Assembly: GCF_009914755.1 (NCBI RefSeq)
Contig: NC_060926.1
DNA: 64,000 bases
Source of the DNA: the human T2T-CHM13v2.0 reference genome, Homo sapiens
Reading direction: 5' to 3' (one strand)
The notes under the pieces are model-generated. The model was not told the DNA's origin, did not search any database, and saw only the letters and a list, made by a program, of their open reading frames with translations. This document shows, piece after piece, positions 42,879 through 55,330 of this stretch (positions within the stretch are counted from its first letter, which is position 1; every line of letters begins with the position of its first letter). The position numbers and the translations under genes were made by a program.

Positions 42879-43389
42879 CAAGCTTCACTTCTAATCCTAG
42901 TTCTCTTGCTATTTCCACTGTATCTGCAGTCACTTCCTCTACTGACATCTTGAACTCCTCAAAGTCATCCATGAAGGTTGGAAGCAACTTCTTCCAAACT
43001 CTTGTTGATATTCTGACCTCCTCCTATGAATCACAAATATTCTTAATGGCATCTAGAATGGCAAATCCTTTCCAGGAGGTTTTCAATGGACTTTGCCCAG
43101 ATCCAACTGAGGACTCAGTCTCTGTGGCAGCTATAGCCTTAAAAAATGTATTTTTAAAATAAGACATGAAACTTGAAATTACTTCTTGATCCTTGGCTGC
43201 AGAATGGATGCTGTGTTAGCAGGCACGAAAACAACATGCAGCTCCTTGTACATCTCCATCAGTGCTCCTGGGTGACCAGTTGCCTTTTTAACAAGCAGTA
43301 ATATTTGGAAAGTAATATTTTTTCCGAGCAGTAGGTCTCAACAGTGGGCTTAAAATATTCAGTAAACCACATTATAAACAGATGTGCTG

Positions 43390-43935
43390 TCATTCAGGCT
43401 TTCTTGTTCCAGTTATAAAGCACAGGCAGAGTAGATTTAGCATAATTCTTAAGGTCCCTAGAATTTTTTCAGCATGACAGATGAGCATTGGCTTCAACTT
43501 AAAGTTACCAGCTTCATTAGTTCCTAACAAGAGAGTCAGCCTGTCCTTCGAAGCTTTGACGCTAGGCACTGACTTCTCCTCTCTAGCTATGAGAGACCAA
43601 GATGGCATCTTCCAAAAGAAGGCTGTTTCATCTACATGGAAAATCTGTTGTTTAGCGTGGCCACGTTTATCAATGATCTTAGCCAGATCTTCTGGAAAAC
43701 TTGCTGCAACTTGTACATCGGCACTTAACCACTTCACCTTGCACTTTATGTGATGAAACTGTCTTCTTTCCTTAAGCCTCATGAACCAACCTCTCCTGGC
43801 TGCCAACTGTTCTTCTGCAGCTTCTTCCCCTCTCTCAGTCTTCATAGAACTGAAGAGAAGAGAGGGGCCTTGCTCTGGATTAAACTCTGACCTAATAGAA
43901 TGCTTGTGGCTGGTCTGATCTTCTATCCTGAACAC
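43390..43935 (-). pseudogene. Degenerate Tigger1 transposase segment (CENP-B-like HTH to DDE_1 start)
   Basis: …[12 protein letters not shown]…[16 protein letters not shown]…[26 protein letters not shown]; frameshifted. Confidence 0.8.
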
Positions 43936-45241
43936 TAAAGCTTACTCCTATCAGCAATAAGGCTGTTTTGCTTTCTTATCATTCATTTGTTCACCAGAGT
44001 AGCACTTTTAACTTCCTTAAAGAACTTCTCCTTTGCATTCACAACTTGGCTGTTTGGTACGAGAGGCCTAGCTTTTGGCCTTTCTCAGCTTTGACATGCT
44101 CTCCTCGCTAAGCTTAATCATATCTAGCTTTTGATTTATAAGGGAGAGGTGTGACTCTTCCTTTCACTTGAACACTTAGATGCTATTTAGTACTACTAAT
44201 TGTCCTAATTTCAATATTGTTGTCTCAGAGAAAACGACAGCCTGAGGAGGGGCGAGAAGTGGGGGAACAGCCAGTTGGAGCAGTCAGAACACAGGCATTT
44301 ATCAGTTAAGCCTGCAGTGTCATACGGGTGTGGTTTGTGGGCATCCCAAAACAATTACACAATCACATCAAAGATCACTGATTGCAGATTACCATTACAG
44401 ATTTAATACTGAAAAAGCCTGAAATATTGTGAGACTTACCAAAATGTGACATAAAAATAGAAGTGAGCATATGCTATTGGAAAAATGGTGCTAATAGATT
44501 TGTGTCAGGCAGGATTGCCACAAACCTTCCATTTGTAAACAGCATATTGGCTGTGAAGGAGGCAAAGTGCAATAAAATGAGAAATGCCTGTACCACTACA
44601 CACCTGTTAAGATGGCTAAAATTAAAGGACTGACCATACCAAGCACTGGCAAGCATATGGAGGAAATGGAACTCTCATACACTTCTTATGGGAATATAAA
44701 ATGGTACAGCCGCTTTGGAAAACAGGTTAGCAGTTTCTTAAACATACAGCTACCATAGGATCCAGACATTCCACTCATATGTACTTACCTGAGAGAAAAT
44801 AAAATACATGTGCATACAAAGACTTACACATGAATGTTCAAAGCGGCTTTATTTATAACAGCCCCAAACTGCAAACAACCCAAAATTTCAACAGATGAAC
44901 AAATAAATCATGGTATATTCATACAACAGAATACTACTCAACATTAGAGACTAACTATCAAGACACACAAGTTGGAAGAATCTCAAGTGTCTTGTGCTGA
45001 GTAAAATAAACCAGTCTTAAAACCATACAATCTCAAATTATACACACTAATTTCATTTATATGACATTCTCAAAAAGAGAAAATTACAGTGACACATAAC
45101 AGATCAGTGGTTGACAAGAGTCAGAAGTGGACTATATGGAGATAGCACAGGTTTTGGAGGGTAATGAAAATGTTCTGTATCCTGACTATGGTAGTGGTTA
45201 TTCAAATCTATACATGTGCTGAAACTCACAGAACTACACAC

Positions 45242-45284
<43 letters not shown>

Positions 45285-45299
45285 AAAAATCTGTTAAGG

Positions 45300-46788
45300 T
45301 AGCTATCCACACACATACACTCTTTATAACCTTGCTGCTTTCATTTATCAATATACTTTGGAAATCACTAAAAAGCATATTCTAGAGGTTTTCCTCATTC
45401 TTTTTTAAGGTGCATAATGATCCATTATGTGGATGTAACAATTTATTCAACTATATAGGGGCATTTAGGTCATTTCCAATAGTTTTCATTCACAAATCAT
45501 CATGCTATGAATAACCTTATATATATGTATTTGTATTGTTAAAACAGCCAATTCCTAAAAATGAGATTGCTAGGTGAAAACCGTAACATATATGTAATTT
45601 TGTTAGACACTGTGCCAAACTTCTTTCCATTAAGGTTGTATCTTTTTTGCATTCCAACTAACAAGGTGTGAGAACACGTGCTTTCCTGCAGTCTCATCGA
45701 AAGTGTTGTGAAGCTTTTAGAACTTTGCCACCCAAATAAGTGAGAAATGGTATCTCATTTAGGTTTTTTCCCCCTTAGATGAAAAGCCTATCAATTTTTA
45801 ATAAAACTTGTTTAATAACAGCTCCCATTTTAAGTATATAATGCATAGTTTTCAGTGTATTCAGAGTTGTTCAACCACCATCCCAAAGAAAAACCCTTGT
45901 ACCCATCATCAGTCACTCCCTACACTGCTCTCCATAGTTCTAGACAACCATGTTATCTATTTTGTCTCTGTGGATTTGCCTATTCTGGACATTTCATATA
46001 AATGGCTTCTATGGTCTTATATGGTCTTTTGTGAGTGGCTTTGTTCACTTATCACAATGTTTTCAAGGTTCACCTGTGTTGTAACAAGCATTCATAATAA
46101 TACTTCACTCATTTCTATGGCTGAATAATATTCCATTTGATCTATTCTTCAAACATTTCAGTTGTTTCCACTTTTTGGCTACTATAAATAATGCTGCTAT
46201 GAATGTTCCTGCACAAGTTTTTATGTGCAAGTTTTTGTGTTTTCGTTTCTTTGGAGTATATACTAAGGAGCATAACTGTGGGTCATACAGTAACTCCGTA
46301 TTTTCAGGACCTACCAAACTGTTTTCCAAAGCAGCTGCACCATCTTATGTTACCCATAAAGCAACAAGACATTCCAATGTCTCCGCACCCTTGCCAACAT
46401 TTATTATCCATCTGTTTGATCGTAGCCATATTGGTGGGTGTGAAATGGAATCTCATTTTGGTTTTCATTTGTATTTCTCTGATAGCTAATGATGTAGAGC
46501 ATCTTTTCATACGTTTATTATATATCTTTATTAGGAGAAATGCCTATTCAGATCCCCTGCCCATTTTTTAATTGCACTGTCTGTTGTAACTGAGGTTATG
46601 AGTTCTTTATACATTCTAGATACATATCCCTTTATCAGATACATGATTTGCGAAAATTTTTCTTCCATTCTGTGGGTTTTCTGCTTTCTTTATAGGGCTT
46701 TTTAAAGCACAAAACTTTCAAATTTTGATGTCTACTTTATCTATTTTCTCCCCTTTTGTTGTTTGTGCTTTTGGTGTCACATCTATCA
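45300..46788 (-). mobile_element. Old L1 (L1ME/L1MB-like) fragments in reverse orientation
   Basis: Minus-strand ORF MKRCSTSLAIREIQMKTKMRFHFTP is the L1 ORF2 C-terminus. Confidence 0.75.
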
Positions 46789-46814
46789 AGAAAGCTCATT
46801 AGAAACTCAATGTC

Positions 46815-48218
46815 TGTGGTAGGCTGAATAATGACTCCCCAAAATGTCCATGTCCTAATCCCAGGAAGCTGTGAATGTTACCTTACATGGCAAAAGGAAT
46901 TTTGTAGATGTGATTAAATTAAGGATTTTGAGATGGGGAGATTATCCCAGATTAGTCAGATGGGCCAAATATATTAATAATCACACTCAGAGGAACAGAA
47001 TGTGATATGCAAGATGTTTGGATTAGGAAAAGGGTGATGTCAGAGGCCATGAACCAAGGAATTCAGGAAGCCTCTAGAAGCTAAAAAAGACAGAAAAAGA
47101 TTCTCCCCTGAAGCCTACAGAAAGAGCACAGCCCCAACACCCTTGTTGGAGGCCACACAAATGTTTCTTGTAATTAGGTACAACTGAAGCCTGTTAGTAA
47201 TAATATGAACCTGTGATCAATTAAGCAGCCAACCAATCGTTACCTCCTCCTCCATGCTCTTGTTACCCAATAAATACAAAAGGGCTGTAGAAGCTCAGGG
47301 GTTGCCTTTGCTCACTAGAAGCAGGGAGCCCTTTCATTCTTTTCTTCTCTCTTCTTCTTCCCCATGCTAGCCTTTCCTTAAAAATTACTTTTGTTTTTTG
47401 TTATCATTTCTACGTTTGTGCCTTCGTTCAGTCTCATAATGACGGTCTCAGACAGTAACAGTAGAAACTGCTGTAGTGACAGTCTCAAGTAGTAGCAGTG
47501 ACAGTCAGCTACAAGTGGTGCCTGAATTCCAAAGGGAGGAGGGTATAATGAGACATGTCCGACCCCCTCTTCCCATCATGGCCTGAACTAGTTTTTCAGG
47601 TCTCTTCGGGTCTCTTCAGTTCTCTTCAGGTCCCTTTTTGTCCCTGATAGTCCCTTCAAGTTCCTGTCTAGGCGCCACTAAGGGCTGCATAATCTGCAAT
47701 TGTCTTGCTCAATTAATTTAAAAACAAAAAGGAGATGGAGGCTGCACAAATGTTTCTCATGATTAGGCATAACTGAAGCCTGTCAGTAACAACATGAACC
47801 TGTGATCAATTAAGCAGCTGACCAATGGTTACCTCCTCCTCCTTGCTCTTTACCCAATAAATACGAAAGGACTGTAGAAGCTCAAGGGGGCTGCCTTTGA
47901 TCACTAGAAGCAGGGAGCTCTCCTCTTCTCCCCATGTTGCCTTTCCTTAAAACAGTTTCTTTTGTCTTTTTTCATTTCTATGTTCGTCCCTTCGTTCAGT
48001 CTTGTAATGATGGTCTCCAGTAGTAACTGCAGTAATGACAGTCTCAAGCAATAACAGGAGTTAACTGCTGTAATGATTGTCTCAAACCATAACTGTGGCA
48101 GTCAGCCACACACCCTGACTTTAGACTTCTGCCCTTTGGAATGATAAGAGAATAGACTTGTGTTTTAACCCACTCAACTTGTGATAATTAGCTACAGGCA
48201 CAATAGGAAACTAACACA
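46815..48218 (+). mobile_element. MLT1(C/D)-like LTR (46815-47143 + 48111-48218) split by the mini-ERV
   Basis: tgtggtaggctgaataat … ggaaactaacaca; continuous across TSD caccct. Confidence 0.8.
47144..48110 (+). mobile_element. Miniature two-LTR ERVK element (LTR3/HML-6-like): 5'LTR 47144-47513, interior 47514-47735, 3'LTR 47736-48110
   Basis: Two ~370-bp direct repeats, TG…CA ends, 6-bp TSD caccct, PBS-like tggtgcctgaa, purine tract before the 3'LTR. Confidence 0.85.
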
Positions 48219-48597
48219 GAGTCCCAAGGTTTTTACTTGGGGCTAGCCACACGGTACCCCTCTGCCTAACACATACCAAAGTTCCAGACTCCCAGAAGAA
48301 AAGTAGGTTAACATAAACCATATATACTTAGGTCTATTACTAGAATTTCTATTCTATTCCATTAATTTGTCTATTTATATACCAGTACTTATTCTAATTA
48401 TACCAATTACATAATAGTTTAAGAGCAAGTTTTAATAACTGCTTGTGCTAGTCATTCCTCATAACTTTTCCAGAATTTTCCCAGTATTTCTACATTTTCA
48501 TTTTTTCATAGAAAATTTAACAGCAACTTTCCTAATTCCATAAGAAGTTTTCTTGGTATTTTTTTTTTAAATATCAAATTAATTGACAGCAAACTGA

Positions 48598-48905
48598 TGT
48601 CTCAGTCCATTTGAGTTGCTTTAAAGGAGTACTGGAGGCTGGGTAATTTATAAAGAAAAGAGGTTTACTTGACTCATGGTTCTGCAGGCTGTACAGGAAG
48701 TGTGGTACCAACATCTGCTTCTGCTGAGGGCCTCAGGCTGCTTCCACTCCTAGAAGGCAAAGGAGTGTGCAGATCACATGGCGGCAAGGGGGGTGGTGAC
48801 AGGCTCATTTTAATACCAGGTCTCAGGTGAACTCTCTTGGAAATTAAATGTGAGAACTTAGTTCCCCATCCCCCTGGGGAGGGCATTAATCTATTCATGA
48901 GGGAT
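48598..48905 (-). mobile_element. Truncated MST(B)-like MaLR LTR
   Basis: 'ggctgggtaatttataaagaaaagaggttt…ctcatggttctgcaggctgtacaggaag'. Confidence 0.8.
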
Positions 48906-49329
48906 TATTAATATATATTATATATAATGATATATTACTATAATAATTACTATATATTGATACATCAATACTCATGAGGGATCATATCGATATAATAGCT
49001 TTTTAAAAAGAGTTTTAGTTAAAAACAAAACCACAATATAAAAATATGCACATTAACTAAATGGAGCAAATGTGGAAGTGTGTGAGTATAGCCTGGCAGC
49101 TGCAGGCAGCCCAAGTCCAATGGGTATCCCTGGACGAGTTTACTAGAGGGAAAACAGACATGGGTATAAATTCACCAAGAGAGTTCAGTGCAGCTAAGAG
49201 GACTGCTCCTACAGCTTAAGGTAAAAAGGTCATAAAATAACTCCATGGGATAAAATGTAGTAGCTGTCCCTAATAACTCTTAAAACTAAAACTCTTTAAA
49301 AATATAAGAAATTTCCTATTATTAAGAAC

Positions 49330-50700
49330 ATCTAACTTCAACCAACTACCCCAATCATACTACACAATGAAACACTTAAGGTATTTTTCTCTTAAAAAAA
49401 CAGAAAAACATAAGGATGCCTGCTTTTTCATCACTCTTATTTAACAATGTTCTGAAGCTCTAGCCAAAGCAATAATGCATAAAAACATACATATTAATAT
49501 TAGATTGAATAAGTTGTTAATTATGTTGGACTGACAAAAATTATAATTTCATACAGTTTTACTTAATACATATATATATATATACACACACACACAGACT
49601 TAGGAGAAAGACAAACAAAATGGAAAACCCTATAAAGATGTCAAATTCCAAATTTATCTAACGTTTTAATGTAATTGTAACCAAAAAGCAAATAGCAACT
49701 TTAAATTTTCTTTACAAAATGATTTGAGGATTCATAGGGAATAAAAACAAGATAGATAAGAAACTGCTTTTTGAAGAATAATCATTTAGGGAGAGGGGAT
49801 GACCTGCCAAGCCAGCTAATGAAATGTATAAATAAGCTATATTACCTAAAATAAAGTTAAAACAGAAATGTACAAATGCATAGACATATACATGAGAAAA
49901 AAAAATACCCTGGGAAAAAAAAAATCAAGAAATAGATCCCAGTACATAACAGAATTTGAATGAAAGGAAATACTGTATATAATTCAATAAGTGGTGTTAA
50001 GGCAACTGACTAATGATTTGAGGACAAACAGATTCTCTACCTGATGCCAACGGACTGAAGAAATAGAGATTTGCATTTAAAGATGGAAGCACGGACATAA
50101 AATATTGGTGAATATATAATCTTTAGGGGTGTTAAGGTATCAGAAAGGCAGAAACCATTTAAAAAAAAAAAAGAGAGTTGCCTGACAGGTATAAAAATAA
50201 TAGAAAATAAAAAATTCAAATGCAAATAGAAACTCAGAAAAATATTAAATCCTTAAAGTCAAAAGACTAAGTCAAAAAGAAAAATTCAAACATCAATGGG
50301 AAAACTGACAAAAGACTGATCAAACACAAATACAAATGGTCGCAAATGTATAAAAGTATTCAGTCTTAGTAGTAATTGTTTTAAAATAAATTAAAACAAC
50401 GTGACAACTTTATTGGTAGACTGGTAAGAAAAGAGTAACAGCCAGTGTGGGGAAGTAAGCACATGCATACAGTATGGTTGAGATGTGAATTGATTGCCTT
50501 TGAAGAAAACTATTGGCAGTATCTATTTTTTTAAATGGGGAATAGGGGCAGGAAAAGAGTGAGGAGAGGGAAGAGAGATGAGGAAGGAACAGAGACCAAA
50601 ACATGGATGACTCATGTTAGTTCTTGACTGGTTACAGTTTTTCACCATTTATTAATCTGCATTTTATAATCTGTTTTATTCTTACAATCAATTTAAACAA
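49330..50700 (+). mobile_element. Highly degenerate L1ME-like remnants
   Basis: Scattered ORF2 motifs ('aaggatgcc…tcatcactcttatttaaca', 'ttcaataagtggtg'). Confidence 0.55.
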
Positions 50701-51443
50701 GAATTTCTAGGATTCCAATAAAACTGGACCTAATTCCTTGCCTGTTTTTTCCTTCCTACATCTCTCTTCAAAACAATTCTCAGTAACCTATTTTCATGCC
50801 CAGCCATAACTCAACAGAAGCCACCCAGAATAATGAGGTGGACCCCTAAATACCTAAGAACTCCCCTATATCTGAAACATAACCACTGCTGCACCCATTC
50901 TGAAAGAGACATTACCTCTTGGTAGTGCTGACCACTACTTCATTTCCCATTTGCTAATCAAGAAGCAATACTTCAGATGAGCCCATGTCACCAATCCATA
51001 GAAGCATTTCTAAAGGTGGTCCAATTTCGCCCAAAGGTTTGAAAGCACACTACCCTCTCTTGTACACTGCTCTACCTAATAACTTTTGGAATGACAAACA
51101 TAAACTATCTCAAAGATCTTTATAAATACAGTTAGGTTTCACAGAGCACCTTTGTACCATGAATAATTGCCTAGAAAATCTTCTGCTCCCAGTTTAATCA
51201 TGCTCTAAAAAGAAAATCCATGTAGGGCCCTTGCCATACCATGAATACAAACCACTAATTAACCTGAATCCATAAAGTTGGCTATGCTATTTCTCAAACT
51301 TCACTGCCAAGACAGTTTTTAACTAGCACATCCTTTGATCCAAATGTAATACTAGAACTATACAGAAAAAATCAGCTTTCAAGAACCAAACTGCCATATC
51401 ACTTTGCAATCATTATAACTGATTTAAAAAATAGTCACAAATT

Positions 51444-51783
<340 letters not shown>

Positions 51784-51924
51784 TCATTTTATAGGCAGGT
51801 AATTAACGAAATACCTTAAGTACGCAGCATTTTTTCTTGTTTCAAATATGGAGTGTTTACTAAAAACTATGTATTTACAACTATTAATGATACACTGATT
51901 AAAATCATTAGTTCAAAAATGCAT

Positions 51925-53865
51925 GTTTTATTTACAATGACATCAAAAAGAATAAAATACTTAGGAATAAACCTAACCAAGGAAGTGAAAGATTTGTACA
52001 CTGAAAACTACAAAACACTGCTGAAAAAATTAGACACAAATAAATGGAAAGACATCCCAAGTTTATGGGTTAAAATACTGTTAAGATATCAATACTACCC
52101 AATGTGATCTATAGGTTCAACACAATCACTATCAAAATCCCAAAATCCCAAGGCAAGTAGAAAAGTGCATCCTAAAATTCATACAGAATCTCAAGGGACC
52201 CCAAATAGCCAAAATAATCTTGAAAAGGAAGAAGACAGTTAGAGGTCTCACATTTCCTTATTTCAAAACATATTACAAAGCTATAGTATTCAAAATAGTC
52301 TGGTACTGGCATAAAGACAGACACACAGAGCAGTTAAACAGAATAAAGTGTCCAGAAATAAACCCTTGCATATATAGCCAATTAATTTTCATACAAGGAC
52401 ACAAAGACTACTCAGTGAAGAAAGGACAGCCTCTTCAACAAATGGAACTGGAGAAACTGGATATCCACATGCAAAAGAATAGAGTTATACCCTTTATCTT
52501 ACACCATAAATAAAAGTTAACTCAAAATGGGTTAAAGACCGAAACATAAGACCCAAAACTATAAAATGCCTAGGAGAAAGCATAGGGAAAAAGTTCATGA
52601 CATTGGATTTGGCAATGATATCTTGGATATGACACCAAAAGCAAAAGTAACTATATCAAACAAAAACTTTTGTTCAAAGAATATGATCAACAGAGTGAAA
52701 AGGCAACCTGCCAAATGGGAGAACATAGTTGCAAATCATCTGATAAGGGGTAATATCCAGAATATATAAGGAACTCCTATAACTCAACAACAACAACAAA
52801 ACCTGAATATAACGTGGGCAAAGGACGTGAATAGACATTTCTCCAAAGGAGATATACAAATGCCCAAGAAGGATATGAAAAGACGCTCAATATCATTAAT
52901 CATTAGAAAAATGCAAATCAATACCACAATGAGATAGCACCTCACACCACTATCAAAACAAAACAAAACAAAAACAACTGTTGGCAAGGGCATGGAGAAA
53001 TTGGAATCCTTGTGCATTATTCACGGGATTCTGAGATTATGCAACCACTATGGAAATGTGGTGGTTGCTTAAGGAATTAAATATAGAACTATCACATGAT
53101 CCAGAAATCTCTCTTCTGGGTAGATATGCAAAATAGTTGAAACCAGGGTCTTGAAGAGATATTTGCATACTCAACTTCACAGCATTAGTCACAAGAGCCA
53201 AGAGGTAGGAGCAAGCCTAGTGTCCACGGATGGATGAATGGATAAACAAAATGTGGTATATCCATACAATGGAATATAATTCAACCTTAAAAAGGAAGGA
53301 ACTATAAATGTTGTCTTTTTTATATTTTTATGAAAAAGCAGAAAATTACTTTTGAAGAAAACAGGCTATTTAAATATTGAAATATATGTATGTTGTGAGT
53401 TTAAGGAGCCTGTAATTGTCAGTTTTACAAAATCATCCGTGTTCAATGGTTGTAAATAAATTCTCAAAACATCATTTCAAAAAACAAAACAAAAAAAAAA
53501 AAAAGGAAGGAACTGTCACATCCTACAACATGGATTAACCTTACAGATATTATGCTAAGTAAAATAAGCAGGTCACAAATCCTGCATTATTCTACTTATA
53601 TGAAGTATCTAAAGTAGTCAAATTCATAAACACAGAAAGTAGAATGGTGGTTACCAGGAGCCTGGGGGTGGGGATTAAGGGTAGGGAGAGAAATAGGAAG
53701 TTGTTTAATGGGTATAGACTTCCAGCTTTACATGAAGAAGTTCTGAAGATCTGCTACACAACAACGTGAATACACTTAACACCACTGAACTGTACATATA
53801 AAAATGGTTAAGTATTTTGTTATGTGTTTTTTTCACCAAGTTTCTAGAAAATAAATAAATGAAAA
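51925..53865 (+). mobile_element. 5'-truncated L1MA/MB-like ORF2 end and 3'UTR
   Basis: [28 protein letters not shown]; old-L1 3' end at ~53830. Confidence 0.85.
53304..53499 (+). pseudogene. 5'-truncated processed retrocopy of an unidentified mRNA 3'UTR
   Basis: Non-L1 AU-rich ~175 bp, AATAAA at 53455, poly(A) from 53479, 15-bp TSD aaaaaggaaggaact at a TT|AAAA site. Confidence 0.85.
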
Positions 53866-54996
53866 TAAATAAAAACGTAGGTTTCATACTCTATCATGAC
53901 TGACCATCTAAAAGATCCTCTTAAACATCAAACCTCTGCCCTAAAACGGCAGAGTTGTATGCAACAAAATCAATCAGGCAAATGGCAAAGGCTTTCTAGA
54001 AACCCTCCATCTGTGGTTTTAAAAGTAATCACATGGGAATTAAAAAACAACAACAACAAAACAGATTTGGAACTACAGATGAGAACTAATGACCACCTAA
54101 TTCCAAAATGCCCTAATAAGAACAAAGCACCTTTGAACTTCTTCTGGAGCCCTTGGACCTCTAATGGAAGTCTGCGAGAGATTTCTGCCTGCCGAGGCAA
54201 ATGCCACTACCAGCCCTTGCATTATCTCCAGCTCCTGTTAGTCCAGGGCCAGCTTCTGAGAATATTCCACAAGTCTAGACTAACTCATCACACCAATCTG
54301 GAGCTAAGCAGTATCTACAGAAGGCAATATTGCTTAACCTTAGCAATACAACCAGGTATCTAAGTCATCAAGAACAAAGAGACAGTAGCTTCGAATACCA
54401 AATATTCATTTCCCTGTATTATCCACTCACTGGTTTCCTTTTAAGAACCTTCATGATCCAGAATGGCCTGTGATTACTTAAACTGTTAACAAGTCAACAG
54501 AAAGTGATATGAAAGCTTGTGGCTGATTGAAAAAAAAAAAAAGTACATTTTACTTGAATACTAATACATGGGTTTTGCATGAACTGTCAAGTCTGTTCTT
54601 TTTGCAGTTGGTACAATATAACAAAATCTAATTCCTGAAGTGCTCATTTGGGGTTACATAGTTTGGCTCAAGGGACAGATGTCTTAGGGCGGAATCCTGG
54701 CTCCACTATTTACCAGCCCTATCACGCTGGGTATATTACTTAACCTCTCTAAGCCTCAGTTTCATGATCTCTAGATTAGGGTTTTATGAGAATCTGAAAA
54801 TCTTAAAATCAAAAAGTTATAAAAGTGATGGTTTAGATAAGTGTATACAACTCCTTTTAGTTACAAGGAAAAGCAACATGTGGGGAAGAAAAAACTGGTG
54901 TTACTCAATGTCCTACTATAGCAGACTTCCTCATGACATCTGCACCAGAACTGAATTTTACCTGTACTTCTGACTCTCAGGTTCTCAGGTATAAAA

Positions 54997-55330
54997 AGTC
55001 CTATGCACTTTTTTCATATGCTTTGTAAATAGTTTTGTACTGTGTTTTGCACCTACGTCACAAATACAGCTTAAAACAAAAATTTGTGCATGAAACTATA
55101 GTACACTGGCAAAAAATTTTAAAAGTCCTAATAAAGGCTGTCAAACGTTACTCTGCCATTTAATTGCCAATTGATAGAACATGTGACTATGAAATTTAAA
55201 TTGTCATAGGTTGAAACACTCTTGAAAATTTATTCGAATTTATATTTACTAGATACATAAACTATAGCTTCTCATTTATAATAAATTAAATGCCTTCCAA
55301 AAACCCACTTCACAATGAAATTATATTACA
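54997..55330 (+). repeat. Copy 1 of a ~330-bp dispersed direct duplication
   Basis: Nearly identical to 56508-56836. Confidence 0.92.

Larger units (their letters stand above)
46789..48325. mobile_element. MER21-like LTR fragment (46789-46814 + 48219-48325) split by MLT1
   Basis: 'gaaagctcattagaaactcaatgtc' … 'ccaaggtttttacttggggctag…ttccagactcccagaag' resembles recalled MER21. Confidence 0.55.

Noticed and set aside
43390-43935. Domesticated TIGD-like transposase gene
   Set aside because: Partial and frameshifted, within a decayed Tigger1 copy interrupted by Alus.
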